Source: a virus
Direction: 5' to 3' (one strand)
Virus record (IMG/VR): IMGVR_UViG_3300041402_000217
Coordinates: 1 to 49,399 of that record
DNA: 49,399 bases
The notes under the pieces were generated by a model, which was given only the letters and a program-made list of their open reading frames with translations, did not search any database and was not told where the DNA came from. The translations under genes and the position numbers were made by a program. This document shows positions 18,512 through 26,826 of this stretch, piece by piece. Position 1 is the stretch's first letter. Every line of letters starts with the position of its first letter.

Positions 18512-19568
18512 CGTTCAACCCTTTCTGTTTTACTAAGCCACAAATATTGATTATCTGCTCGTCCGTCAGATTCACCGACGACGGCAGCCATAAACCCCGA
18601 TGGCTGAATCTCTTAGATACAGGATAACTCTTGCCATCAGCGTATATCTTCTGTTCGTTAATAGGCTTATATACCAGTCTCGAACCAACCCCATTCTCCT
18701 TAAGATGCTCTTGAACTACCGTAGGGTTGTCGAGATAAATGTCCACAAACCAAGGCGTTGACTCGTTTGAGCCGTGGATCATCTCAAATACATCGCTTAA
18801 CTGTGATTCATACACTTGGTAGATATGCCTTTTCCGCCCTGAAGCCCAAGGCAGTTTCTTCATCTGCTCTATACCAATAACCGCCTGTAAGTCTGTGAAC
18901 TTGAAATTGTAACCCAAAGTATTGTGTATATCACTGCCGTCTCTGCCCCAGTCCTTTAACTTCCTTATTTTGTCGTACAACCCCTCATCGTCCGTTACCA
19001 AGGCCCCGCCCTGACCGGTGGTAACTATCTTGGGCGAACTGAATGAAAATACGCCTATATCGCCGAAAGTGCCTAAATGCCTACCATTGTGGAATGAGCC
19101 TAATGACTGGCAGGCGTCTTCAATGAGAGTCAAGTTGTTTGCTGTGCAGAAATCCTGAAACCTTGCCATATCCAAAGCACGGCCATTAAGCGAAACATTT
19201 ATGATTGCTCTTGTTTTTTCTGATAATGACCATACACAATCTAAATCCATACACAGCGATTTAGCCTCTATATCCACCAGAACCGGCGTTGCGCCTACCA
19301 TTCTAACGGCGTTGGGCGTGGCTATCATCGTGTAATTGGGCACGAGAACCTCATCGCCGTATCCGATACCACAGGCCCACAGAGCTACCGCAAGGGCAAC
19401 CGTGCCGCTTGGTACGACTACGCAATACTTACTGCCGACATATTCAGCTATCTTGCACTCGAACTCCGTAGTCCTGTCGTATTCAGTCAACCACGCGCCT
19501 GACTGTAAGTAATTGTTCATGGCCTCGACTTCGTATCCGTCTATGTTTGGCTCTATCTGGTTTATCAT
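18504..19568 (-). CDS. DegT/DnrJ/EryC1/StrS-family PLP-dependent sugar aminotransferase
   Basis: Start placed at ATG 19568 (MINQIEPNIDGYE...), 1 nt after the upstream stop; the track start is 19649. Motifs VPSGTVAL..AL, DEVLVPNYT and FSFSSPKIVTTGQGGALVT (PLP lysine). Confidence 0.8.
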   Translation of the reverse strand: MINQIEPNIDGYEVEAMNNYLQSGAWLTEYDRTTEFECKIAEYVGSKYCVVVPSGTVALAVALWACGIGYGDEVLVPNYTMIATPNAVRMVGATPVLVDIEAKSLCMDLDCVWSLSEKTRAIINVSLNGRALDMARFQDFCTANNLTLIEDACQSLGSFHNGRHLGTFGDIGVFSFSSPKIVTTGQGGALVTDDEGLYDKIRKLKDWGRDGSDIHNTLGYNFKFTDLQAVIGIEQMKKLPWASGRKRHIYQVYESQLSDVFEMIHGSNESTPWFVDIYLDNPTVVQEHLKENGVGSRLVYKPINEQKIYADGKSYPVSKRFSHRGLWLPSSVNLTDEQIINICGLVKQKGLNDG

Positions 19569-19569
19569 A

Positions 19570-21306
19570 TCAATACCTGCCTCTTGTGCGGGCAAAACCG
19601 GTATCCTTTTTCGTACCATATCTATGACGAGCGGATTTTGTGCCTGCATAGTATTCTCTTTTTATTTCGCTTGCCGACAATACCCCTGAATATATCCTTA
19701 CGTCGCTTATACTGCCTGTAACAAGCTGGACCGGGCCACCATCACTGTCTGGTTTTCCCCCAATAGTTACGATGTCAACCGTGGTTGGAAAATCAGTAGC
19801 CGCCGTATCCGTTGTACTATTGGCCGAAAAAACACCATTTACATATATATCTCTATTTGCGTCCGAGTGCCAGATTCCTACTACGTGAACCCATTCGTTG
19901 TAAATCGCTGAAATCGCAGAAACAGTGTCAACGGGTACAGCTGCGCCGCCTTTCATTCTCATTATCGGGACACCGTTTTTAAGGTCTAATCCCATCCATC
20001 GGAGATTAATCCCCGTAACACCATCAAGGGCAATCATTAATAATGTGGAGGTTTGGGAAGAAGGTATTTTATACCACGCAGAAAAGGTGCACGGAAAACT
20101 CAACAACGGCACAGCGGCGTCATCTATATAATCGCCCGTTCCGTCTAATGTTAAGCCATGACCGACAGGTGCTAATACTGAAACTACATCCTCGCTGTTT
20201 GTTCCGTGATAAGCGTTGCCGCTGCTGTCAATAATGGCCCCCGCGCCAGCCGCCGTTCCATCCGCCTCGTCTAATTTCCAATGAGCGACAAGGGGTGTAG
20301 CCGTTTTGTAGCTTCTCTGGTGGCCGTAACCTGTTAAAGTTACCAACCCCTCCTGTCCGTTAATTGTTGTATGGGTCGGTGATGTTATCTCTAAGACCGC
20401 ATGAGAGAATCGGCCCGTATCAGTTTCGTCTTCACCCCACAAATCCCCTCGTAAGTTGATGTACACAATTCCATTTACGATTTCAGTTCTATCGTCAACG
20501 TGAATATGACCCTGAATGACTACGGGTTTTATCGTCTGGGCTTCCATTGCAATTACAGCAGCCGCGCCGCCGCCAGTTGCCCCTTCAGCGCGGGTTGTGT
20601 ATAATGGCTGATGGGTTACTACTATTACCGGCGTCCCAGCCCCCTCTGCGACAGCCAAGTGGCTTTCAAACCAAGCCTCTTGTGTCGATGCCCCGCCCGA
20701 ATCATCGCCGGTAGTCTCCATATCTATAACTGCACCCGGATTGCATAAAACAAGTATCATAAAGCCGCTATCGTCAAAACGATAAGCACAGTAAGTGTCG
20801 TTGGCGACATCAGGGTTAAGATTGTCCGGCCACCACATATCAGCGTCTCTGCCCGCTGGTATAATATCAGTAACCCCGCTCGAAAGACCCGTAAACGCAG
20901 CGGCAACATCCGTCCCAGTCATAGTAGCGCCGCCTATATCCCAATGGCCGAAACAATACAGCATATCCGCATTAAGACCGTTACTCGATGCGTGAGCGCC
21001 ATCTATCCAACTGACAAGTTCTGCGTAATTCTGGGCGACAGTGCCATCGGTAGCGTCGTTTATCATATCGCCACCGTGAATTACCAAATCGACTACGTCT
21101 GTGTTGAACTGGTCAATGGCCTTGCCCATTGAATTGTCTTGGAAACCAGGTAATCGTTTTCCGGGTTTGTCGCCATACGGGTCAGCCGCAGTACCCTCTG
21201 TAAGACGAATATGAGTATCATACCATAAGCCTACTTTAATAGTTGCCGAAGGCCAACAGACCGAACACGATAACAACAACAGAAATAAGATTATAAACTT
21301 TCGCAT
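19570..21306 (-). CDS. Exported (lipoprotein-type signal) calcineurin-like metallophosphoesterase fused to a C-terminal LamG domain
   Basis: 578 aa. MRKFIILFLLLLSCSV has a lipobox-like LLSC. Phosphoesterase motifs YDTHI, HGGDMIND, GHWD, VVTHQP and QGHIHVDD. The C-terminus has LVAHWKLDE...GVLSASEIKREY (LamG). Confidence 0.7.
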   Translation of the reverse strand: MRKFIILFLLLLSCSVCWPSATIKVGLWYDTHIRLTEGTAADPYGDKPGKRLPGFQDNSMGKAIDQFNTDVVDLVIHGGDMINDATDGTVAQNYAELVSWIDGAHASSNGLNADMLYCFGHWDIGGATMTGTDVAAAFTGLSSGVTDIIPAGRDADMWWPDNLNPDVANDTYCAYRFDDSGFMILVLCNPGAVIDMETTGDDSGGASTQEAWFESHLAVAEGAGTPVIVVTHQPLYTTRAEGATGGGAAAVIAMEAQTIKPVVIQGHIHVDDRTEIVNGIVYINLRGDLWGEDETDTGRFSHAVLEITSPTHTTINGQEGLVTLTGYGHQRSYKTATPLVAHWKLDEADGTAAGAGAIIDSSGNAYHGTNSEDVVSVLAPVGHGLTLDGTGDYIDDAAVPLLSFPCTFSAWYKIPSSQTSTLLMIALDGVTGINLRWMGLDLKNGVPIMRMKGGAAVPVDTVSAISAIYNEWVHVVGIWHSDANRDIYVNGVFSANSTTDTAATDFPTTVDIVTIGGKPDSDGGPVQLVTGSISDVRIYSGVLSASEIKREYYAGTKSARHRYGTKKDTGFARTRGRY

Positions 21307-21314
21307 AGCTTCCC

Positions 21315-21914
21315 TTAATAACCTGAAACCTCAACAATGCAATCCTCATCGAATGTGTCCCATCCGTGGAACAGGAACCTGTTATAACCAAGTGTATCAT
21401 CAATATAAAACAGGGCCATCGTATCATCGTCGTCGGAAATAGCCGAAACACCGCCGCGCCACGTTTCGTTAGAGATGTTTATAGTTTGCGCAAAATGATT
21501 CGTAGCATTGGTATAGTTCTGCAACCCACAAATTACATCCAGCGTACATACCCGCCTCATCTCGTTAATACCCCGACACGCCCAGACATCTATATCCACA
21601 TCTTCGTCGTTGGTAGTTAAGACAAATCGTACCTCGAGAGCGTTCATGCCCGGCAATGTTTCCACATATACGGAATTATCCAGGGCAGCGGCAGAAGCAA
21701 AGTCTCTTTCGGCTACACCTAATGTGTCGTCAGCGTCGCCAGCGGTTGCGTCTATCGTGCCAATCGGAAGCCACGGCAAGTGGGCTGAAGACAGAATTGT
21801 TTCGTTAGTCGGCAGATACTTCGCTCTGTCGATTATGTCCGCTCTCATAAGATTAGCGCCAACAAACAGAATGAGCAATAAGGCGATAGTCATTACACTG
21901 TGTTTCGATGTCAT
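21315..21914 (-). CDS. Signal-anchored/secreted protein of unknown function
   Basis: 199 aa. N-terminal hydrophobic segment VMTIALLLILFVGANLM. AGGAGA lies 6 nt upstream of the ATG. Confidence 0.6.
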   Translation of the reverse strand: MTSKHSVMTIALLLILFVGANLMRADIIDRAKYLPTNETILSSAHLPWLPIGTIDATAGDADDTLGVAERDFASAAALDNSVYVETLPGMNALEVRFVLTTNDEDVDIDVWACRGINEMRRVCTLDVICGLQNYTNATNHFAQTINISNETWRGGVSAISDDDDTMALFYIDDTLGYNRFLFHGWDTFDEDCIVEVSGY

Positions 21915-21924
21915 TTTGATTCTC

Positions 21925-22329
21925 CTAAATTAGTACCTTGTCCTTTTCTACCGTAATATACGGCCCGTTCTTGCACTCTATTATTTTGGTGTCGGGCTGT
22001 CTTATCTTGAAACCATGCGCGCCATTGACCATGACTATAAAATCGCCGCTACTAAGCACCTCAGTACGAAACAGCCGATTATTCTCGTCATACAAGTTCA
22101 CTTCCAGTAACCCCGATAAGACGATATTGCACTCTTGCGTCAGATTGTTTGGCCGTTCGTTCTCAATATGGCGGTGAGGCTTGCATTTGTTGTCCTCCTG
22201 ATACCAGAATGTGCCTACTTGCAAGAACATCTCATCCGGTGTGATGAAGTTAAGCCCTTTCTGCCAGCCTGCTGCCCGGAGTATAATCGCGTAAAGCACG
22301 CCGTCTTTCCTTATTTCCTCTGCCACCAT
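21925..22329 (-). CDS. Cupin-fold protein, possibly a nucleotide-sugar ketoisomerase/epimerase
   Basis: The cupin core (KPHRHIENE...ECNIVLSGLLEVNLYD) lies after Met54 of the track ORF (21925-22488, TTG start). The shorter start is chosen because the upstream 93-aa ORF is coupled on both sides. The start remains uncertain. Confidence 0.5.
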   Translation of the reverse strand: MVAEEIRKDGVLYAIILRAAGWQKGLNFITPDEMFLQVGTFWYQEDNKCKPHRHIENERPNNLTQECNIVLSGLLEVNLYDENNRLFRTEVLSSGDFIVMVNGAHGFKIRQPDTKIIECKNGPYITVEKDKVLI

Positions 22330-22592
22330 TGCCTCCGTTTCTGCGGGATAATACCCAGCATATTCTGTATTATTATCTGGTAATTGCCAGGCTTCCAGAA
22401 CCCGCTTTTCTCTAATATCTTCTTGGCGTGGATATTGAGTACGTTCTGTTCCGCCGGGGTCAAGGCCTTTGAAGTGCATGTATCCCAAAAGCCTAAAGCG
22501 CCCAATATGTCCACTAATACCCGCGCACCGTCACCAGAAGTAAAGGTGTTGCGATAAGCCTGGTTGCGCTCTGTGTCATTATTGAATATCAT
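22311..22592 (-). CDS. Small head-module protein (hypothetical)
   Basis: 93 aa. ATGA overlap with the upstream ORF. The segment AYRNTFTSGDGARVLVDILGALGF resembles small proteins found next to portal genes in some podoviruses (from memory only). Confidence 0.45.
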   Translation of the reverse strand: MIFNNDTERNQAYRNTFTSGDGARVLVDILGALGFWDTCTSKALTPAEQNVLNIHAKKILEKSGFWKPGNYQIIIQNMLGIIPQKRRQWWQRK

Positions 22593-22834
22593 CTCTTGTT
22601 ACCTAAACAGACCTTTTCTATCGGCAGCCATTCCCACATATCAAAGGCAGAACAATAAAGAGCGTGATCCTCTGTTGCCCTGCCGCGAGTTGTATATAAC
22701 TTTTTGCAAAGAGGGCACGCCGCTAACCAACGGCCACAATTTGTTTTAAGCAAAAGGCTTAATAATTTAGTCACTTTACATTTAACGCACAGAGCAGTAC
22801 CATACTTGCCAGATGCTTCAAAAACCGCCATCAT
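22589..22834 (-). CDS. Small zinc-ribbon-like protein
   Basis: 81 aa with CVKC...CPLC. ATGA overlaps at both ends (portal stop and next start). Confidence 0.45.
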   Translation of the reverse strand: MMAVFEASGKYGTALCVKCKVTKLLSLLLKTNCGRWLAACPLCKKLYTTRGRATEDHALYCSAFDMWEWLPIEKVCLGNKR

Positions 22835-24549
22835 CCACCCCCTGTCAATGCAGCCACCGGACTGCCCGATTCTATCTCTTTGCCTAAGCCCGGAACTACC
22901 TTAGCGGCCTCTAACGCCATTTCAGCCGTTCGCCTTTCCTGTTCCGCCTGTGCCCTTATTTCCTGTATTTCTTTAACCTCGTCATCAGTCCGCATAAGTT
23001 TGACCGGCATACCGTGAGCGTCAAATATCTCCTCAACAGTCTCCTCAACCTTCAGGCGGTCAAGGGCTGTTACCGGCTGCTGGGCCGCTATCTGTAATTG
23101 AACCAACGGCTCTAAGGCTGCTATGCCCTGATTGATACCCTGTGTCTTGAATAACCGTTTCTGGGCCTGTGCCAGAGGTCCTACGTAATCAACGTCAATC
23201 AATCGAGCCTTGCCGCCCGTGCCGGTCTGTTCGTCCCGGACCATCTCGTCAAGGACTATCTGGGGTGGGGGTGGTATGCGCCCCGCGGCCATCTCAATAT
23301 CGAATACCTGGGCGTGAATTATATCCAAGACAGTATTGAGCGTGCCGAGGTCAGGCCCCATGGCTGCCGCCTTTTCGCCTTGAATCTCCATGACCTGTGG
23401 GACAGTAAGGGTCCGGCCCTCCATCGCGGCCTGGGTAAGTGCCATAAAGAAACTCACCTTGAAATTGTCCATTACCCCCTGGCGAACCCGGTCCATCATC
23501 TCTACACTGAAACTCTTATTACTGCCAGTGTCAATCCGGCGTATTTCGTCCCTGTCGTCGTTATAATAGTTCTGGCCGCCTGGGTTGAGGTCAGCTTCGC
23601 CACGCTTGCCCTCCGGTACCATCCAAAGACCATCAGCTTCCATCTGGGCCGATCCCAGCATCGAACTAGCCATCGAATTGGCGGTATAAACCGAGATAAG
23701 GGCTTCACCTATAAGACCCCTGCCGTAAGGTAGATTAGACGGCTTCTTGACACGCCAGACGGGCGGGAACCTGTCCAAACTGCTGGTCCGTATCAAGTTA
23801 GTGCCATCGACCTGGACCATGTATGTATTGAACTTGCGCCTGCCCTGTACTAAACTACCCCTGACATAGTCCGGGTTCGGCCATACCGCCCAGATAAACT
23901 CCGTCTTTTCCGCTATATTCGTGTTGTTACTAATCGCGGTCCGGACACCCTCAGAGAGCTTCTTTATCTCCGTATCGGTAAAAGCACTCTTAACCTGGTG
24001 GATGGTCCATTTATACTTGCGGTGCATTAAGTTGGCATAACCAAACTTATCGTCCGCTAACCATACCTCGCGAGGGTGAGGGACCATGAACCCTATCTTG
24101 CCCTCGCCCTCTATGTCCTCAATGAACATCGTTGCCAAACCTATGCCGTCACCATCCCGTAAGAAACTGCCGATTACAGAAGCATCATAGAAGTTCGACC
24201 GACTGTAAGCATAGTATATACCCTCGTCACACTCCTGTAGCCAGCCCTGGACCTCGTCTAATTCCCGCAGTTCCTTATCAGCCGACCGAGACATGAACCA
24301 CGTTATAGCCGGTGATACGTGATAGCCACTAATGCCATCAGCACGGATATTGAGGGCTTTTATACAACTGTCGTCGAAAACCTGGTATTCCTTGTCCCTG
24401 CCGGTCTGAGCTATGCCCTCCCAATCGTTGCGGGCGGGATAACCTAAAGCAGTAGATTCCTTCCATAAATCCACAAACGGGTCCTTGACCTGCTCTAACT
24501 CCGTCTGGCGATTAACTACCTGCTGCTCTATTGTTTGCTCGTTAGCCAT
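22831..24549 (-). CDS. Portal (head-to-tail connector) protein
   Basis: 572 aa. Lies immediately downstream of the large terminase. Size and N-terminal pattern are typical of podovirus connectors. Confidence 0.8.
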   Translation of the reverse strand: MANEQTIEQQVVNRQTELEQVKDPFVDLWKESTALGYPARNDWEGIAQTGRDKEYQVFDDSCIKALNIRADGISGYHVSPAITWFMSRSADKELRELDEVQGWLQECDEGIYYAYSRSNFYDASVIGSFLRDGDGIGLATMFIEDIEGEGKIGFMVPHPREVWLADDKFGYANLMHRKYKWTIHQVKSAFTDTEIKKLSEGVRTAISNNTNIAEKTEFIWAVWPNPDYVRGSLVQGRRKFNTYMVQVDGTNLIRTSSLDRFPPVWRVKKPSNLPYGRGLIGEALISVYTANSMASSMLGSAQMEADGLWMVPEGKRGEADLNPGGQNYYNDDRDEIRRIDTGSNKSFSVEMMDRVRQGVMDNFKVSFFMALTQAAMEGRTLTVPQVMEIQGEKAAAMGPDLGTLNTVLDIIHAQVFDIEMAAGRIPPPPQIVLDEMVRDEQTGTGGKARLIDVDYVGPLAQAQKRLFKTQGINQGIAALEPLVQLQIAAQQPVTALDRLKVEETVEEIFDAHGMPVKLMRTDDEVKEIQEIRAQAEQERRTAEMALEAAKVVPGLGKEIESGSPVAALTGGG

Positions 24550-24758
24550 TACACCGTGGCTCCCAACTTCTGCTTCAATTCACGCCTTCTTACCGTAGCG
24601 GATTGCAACTGGCCACGACCGGCTATTATGGATTGCCCGCGACTTCGACCACGCAAACGCCCGCTCTCGTCTTTGCCCGCCGCGCCTGTATCTATCGTCT
24701 TAACCGGTGGCGGTAAAGGCGGTGGCCTTCTTGATTTAGGTGAACCTCCAAGTGGCAT
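24549..24758 (-). CDS. Small basic Pro/Arg-rich protein (hypothetical)
   Basis: 69 aa. Starts 3 nt after the terL stop, and its TAA overlaps the portal ATG (TAATG). Low-complexity composition. Confidence 0.4.
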   Translation of the reverse strand: MPLGGSPKSRRPPPLPPPVKTIDTGAAGKDESGRLRGRSRGQSIIAGRGQLQSATVRRRELKQKLGATV

Positions 24759-24760
24759 AG

Positions 24761-26134
24761 TTAAGCTCCTATTCTAATCCCGTGTTTTAAGCGATTATAG
24801 CTACGACCGCCCATGTTAATATTAGCCGGCATCGGCTGTGGATAGCCGATACGCTGATTATTGACTATCATTTGATAACGATACGCCATAGCAAGGTAGC
24901 GGAAAGCGTCTGCTCCATGACTAAACTCATCGTGAAGGGGCCGCCCGCTATAAGCTTTCAACCTATCATCATACTTCTGCCGGTAATTCTCCAGGCAGTC
25001 CAGCCCCGTGACACATCTTGTCTCATCAAACCAACAAAGGGAAATTATGCCCTTTGTCGCTGCTATCCCGTCCTCAATAAGATGTTCCCGAACTACCTCA
25101 ATCGGATCACTCAGTAACGACCTTAATATCTCTAACCGGGTCTCTACCATCTTTCCCTGCATCCTGGCCTTAACATCATGGGGCAAGTAATGTATGCCAT
25201 AGTTATATGGTAGATTCCTTAACACTTTGACATAATGATTAAGCCCCTCCCCGTGATGATGATAGTAATCTATAAGCCTGATTTCTTTGCCTATGAACTG
25301 CGCAAACCAGATAGCGGTGTCATCATCAACTCCTAAGTCCCAGAATGTATAAACCAGGGCGGTACTGTCGTAAGGTACGTTTGTTACTCTTGATGGGACT
25401 TCATTACGCGCTGCTGCGATAAGTTTGGCATAATAGCTACCCTCGGCCCCCAAATCGAATGAACAGTAAAACTCCTGCTGGACCATGTCGGGGGCCATGC
25501 CGGCATCAATTTCGTCCTGAATTGCCTCCTGCGTAATAGATTCTTTTGTATCATCAACTGTAAGAAGTTCGCAAAACCACTTTGGGTTACTCCTGGCCAT
25601 AGCATACAATTTATAACCGTGGTTTTTGCCTCTCGGCGTGTAATTAAAGACCGCCCAGCCGTTATTCTCAGCTAAAATAGGTCGAATCTTATCCCATACG
25701 CCCGGACGCTGAAGGCTATATTCGCTAAACACACAGCCCACAGGGTTAGGGCCGACCGGTTCCTTCATATCTGTCCCAATGATCCTGAAAACCGAACCAT
25801 TCACCGCCTCAATTCTCATCTCGGTAGCATTGCGTTTGTTACGCGGGAATAGTTCTTTCGGGAAATGATCGAGGAACTGAAAGCCGTCCCGGTCAATATT
25901 GTCCCATATAGCCTTTCGGCCATCAGTAGCAGCGGGGAAATAATAGTAATAGTTGCCTATTCGCTTAAACATCCGCTTAATCATAAAATTAAGAAATGTT
26001 TTATCTTTGCCCGCCCTGCGATGCCACACGCACACCGCCCGGTCAAGCCCATCATCCATGGCCCGCAAGAAAGGAACCTGGTAGGACCGTGGCTCAAACC
26101 TGTAGGGTAGTCTTATTTTGTTCTCTGTTACCAT
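24761..26134 (-). CDS. terL: Terminase large subunit
   Basis: 457 aa. Walker A-like WHRRAGKDKT near the N-terminus, with a nuclease-half pattern at the C-terminus. Adjacent to the portal gene. Confidence 0.85.
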   Translation of the reverse strand: MVTENKIRLPYRFEPRSYQVPFLRAMDDGLDRAVCVWHRRAGKDKTFLNFMIKRMFKRIGNYYYYFPAATDGRKAIWDNIDRDGFQFLDHFPKELFPRNKRNATEMRIEAVNGSVFRIIGTDMKEPVGPNPVGCVFSEYSLQRPGVWDKIRPILAENNGWAVFNYTPRGKNHGYKLYAMARSNPKWFCELLTVDDTKESITQEAIQDEIDAGMAPDMVQQEFYCSFDLGAEGSYYAKLIAAARNEVPSRVTNVPYDSTALVYTFWDLGVDDDTAIWFAQFIGKEIRLIDYYHHHGEGLNHYVKVLRNLPYNYGIHYLPHDVKARMQGKMVETRLEILRSLLSDPIEVVREHLIEDGIAATKGIISLCWFDETRCVTGLDCLENYRQKYDDRLKAYSGRPLHDEFSHGADAFRYLAMAYRYQMIVNNQRIGYPQPMPANINMGGRSYNRLKHGIRIGA

Positions 26135-26462
26135 AGCCTACTATTTCCACAGTTATATTTCCAGTATGCTCAAGATTCACCGGCTGCTCAGGTTTGCCCA
26201 TGCACCTGTTGAGAACCTCCTGAGCTGCTTTAACGTCGCCGGTCTTTGCTTTAGTAAGCATCGCCTTGGCTATGTCCAGCATATCCTGGTCAGTGATGGC
26301 AGATTGAAATATCTTCTTGAACTCCATCGCCCTTGAATGTTCCCTATTAGTTGTTTTCACCCCCGCGGTATTCCCTTTAGCAAAATCCCCGTTTGGCTTG
26401 TGATTGGCGCTGACACCCGCCACTTTTTCCTTGGAAACAGGTTTTACTGCGTCTTCTGCCAT
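26094..26462 (-). CDS. terS: Terminase small subunit (DUF5681-like)
   Basis: Start placed at ATG 26462 (MAEDAVKP...) with GAGG upstream. GDFAKGNTAGVKT motif. Overlaps the terL start. Confidence 0.55.
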   Translation of the reverse strand: MAEDAVKPVSKEKVAGVSANHKPNGDFAKGNTAGVKTTNREHSRAMEFKKIFQSAITDQDMLDIAKAMLTKAKTGDVKAAQEVLNRCMGKPEQPVNLEHTGNITVEIVGYGNREQNKTTLQV

Positions 26463-26482
26463 TATCTTTGCCTCTAAAGACC

Positions 26483-26523
26483 AAAAAAAGGGGCGCATCG
26501 AGTATTAAACCCAACGCGCCCCT
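26483..26523 (-). terminator. Intrinsic terminator immediately upstream of terS
   Basis: Minus strand AGGGGCGC-(19 nt)-GCGCCCCT followed by TTTTTTT. Perfect 8-bp GC-rich stem. Lies 20 nt before the terS ATG. Confidence 0.65.
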
Positions 26524-26595
26524 GAAAAGGCTAACGATGTTTCAGCATCTAACGGGGATCAAACCGTCTTCAGCCTGAATTTTTTTGGTCATGGT

Positions 26596-26826
26596 TTACT
26601 TTCGTATTTGTGGCAACTCTTTCCAACTATCATAAGTAATGAGACCCCCGCTATTTAGGGTTATAGTATAAATAGGCCCTTTTGCTGCAAAAGTAATGTG
26701 CATCGCCTCGTGTCCTGATAAGGGTATTAATGGGGTGCTTGCCGGCTTCCTCTTGCATTTCCTCAAAAACGCTAACGGCACAGCAAATAAACCTGCAATT
26801 AGTTTTCCAAATGTTCGTCTGTTCAT
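26596..26826 (-). CDS. Small protein with a twin-arginine-like signal peptide
   Basis: 76 aa. MNRRTFGKLIAGLFAVPLAFL resembles the S/T-R-R-x-F-x-K Tat motif. ATGA overlap with the upstream gene. Confidence 0.5.
   Translation of the reverse strand: MNRRTFGKLIAGLFAVPLAFLRKCKRKPASTPLIPLSGHEAMHITFAAKGPIYTITLNSGGLITYDSWKELPQIRK

Noticed and set aside
16728-19568. A straightforward ArnA/ArnB (UDP-L-Ara4N, polymyxin-resistance type) pathway
   Set aside because: The SDR has the UXS-type YDEGKR catalytic string rather than the ArnA-type motif. No formyltransferase, ArnC/ArnT-like lipid transferase or deformylase is recognisable. I keep it only as one of two alternatives.
8141-22329. DNA hypermodification (glycosylated bases) as the role of the sugar genes
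   Set aside because: There are no hydroxymethylase/thymidylate-synthase-like, dNMP kinase or DNA glycosyltransferase-type genes. The cluster is embedded in the late morphogenesis genes rather than among the early DNA-metabolism genes.
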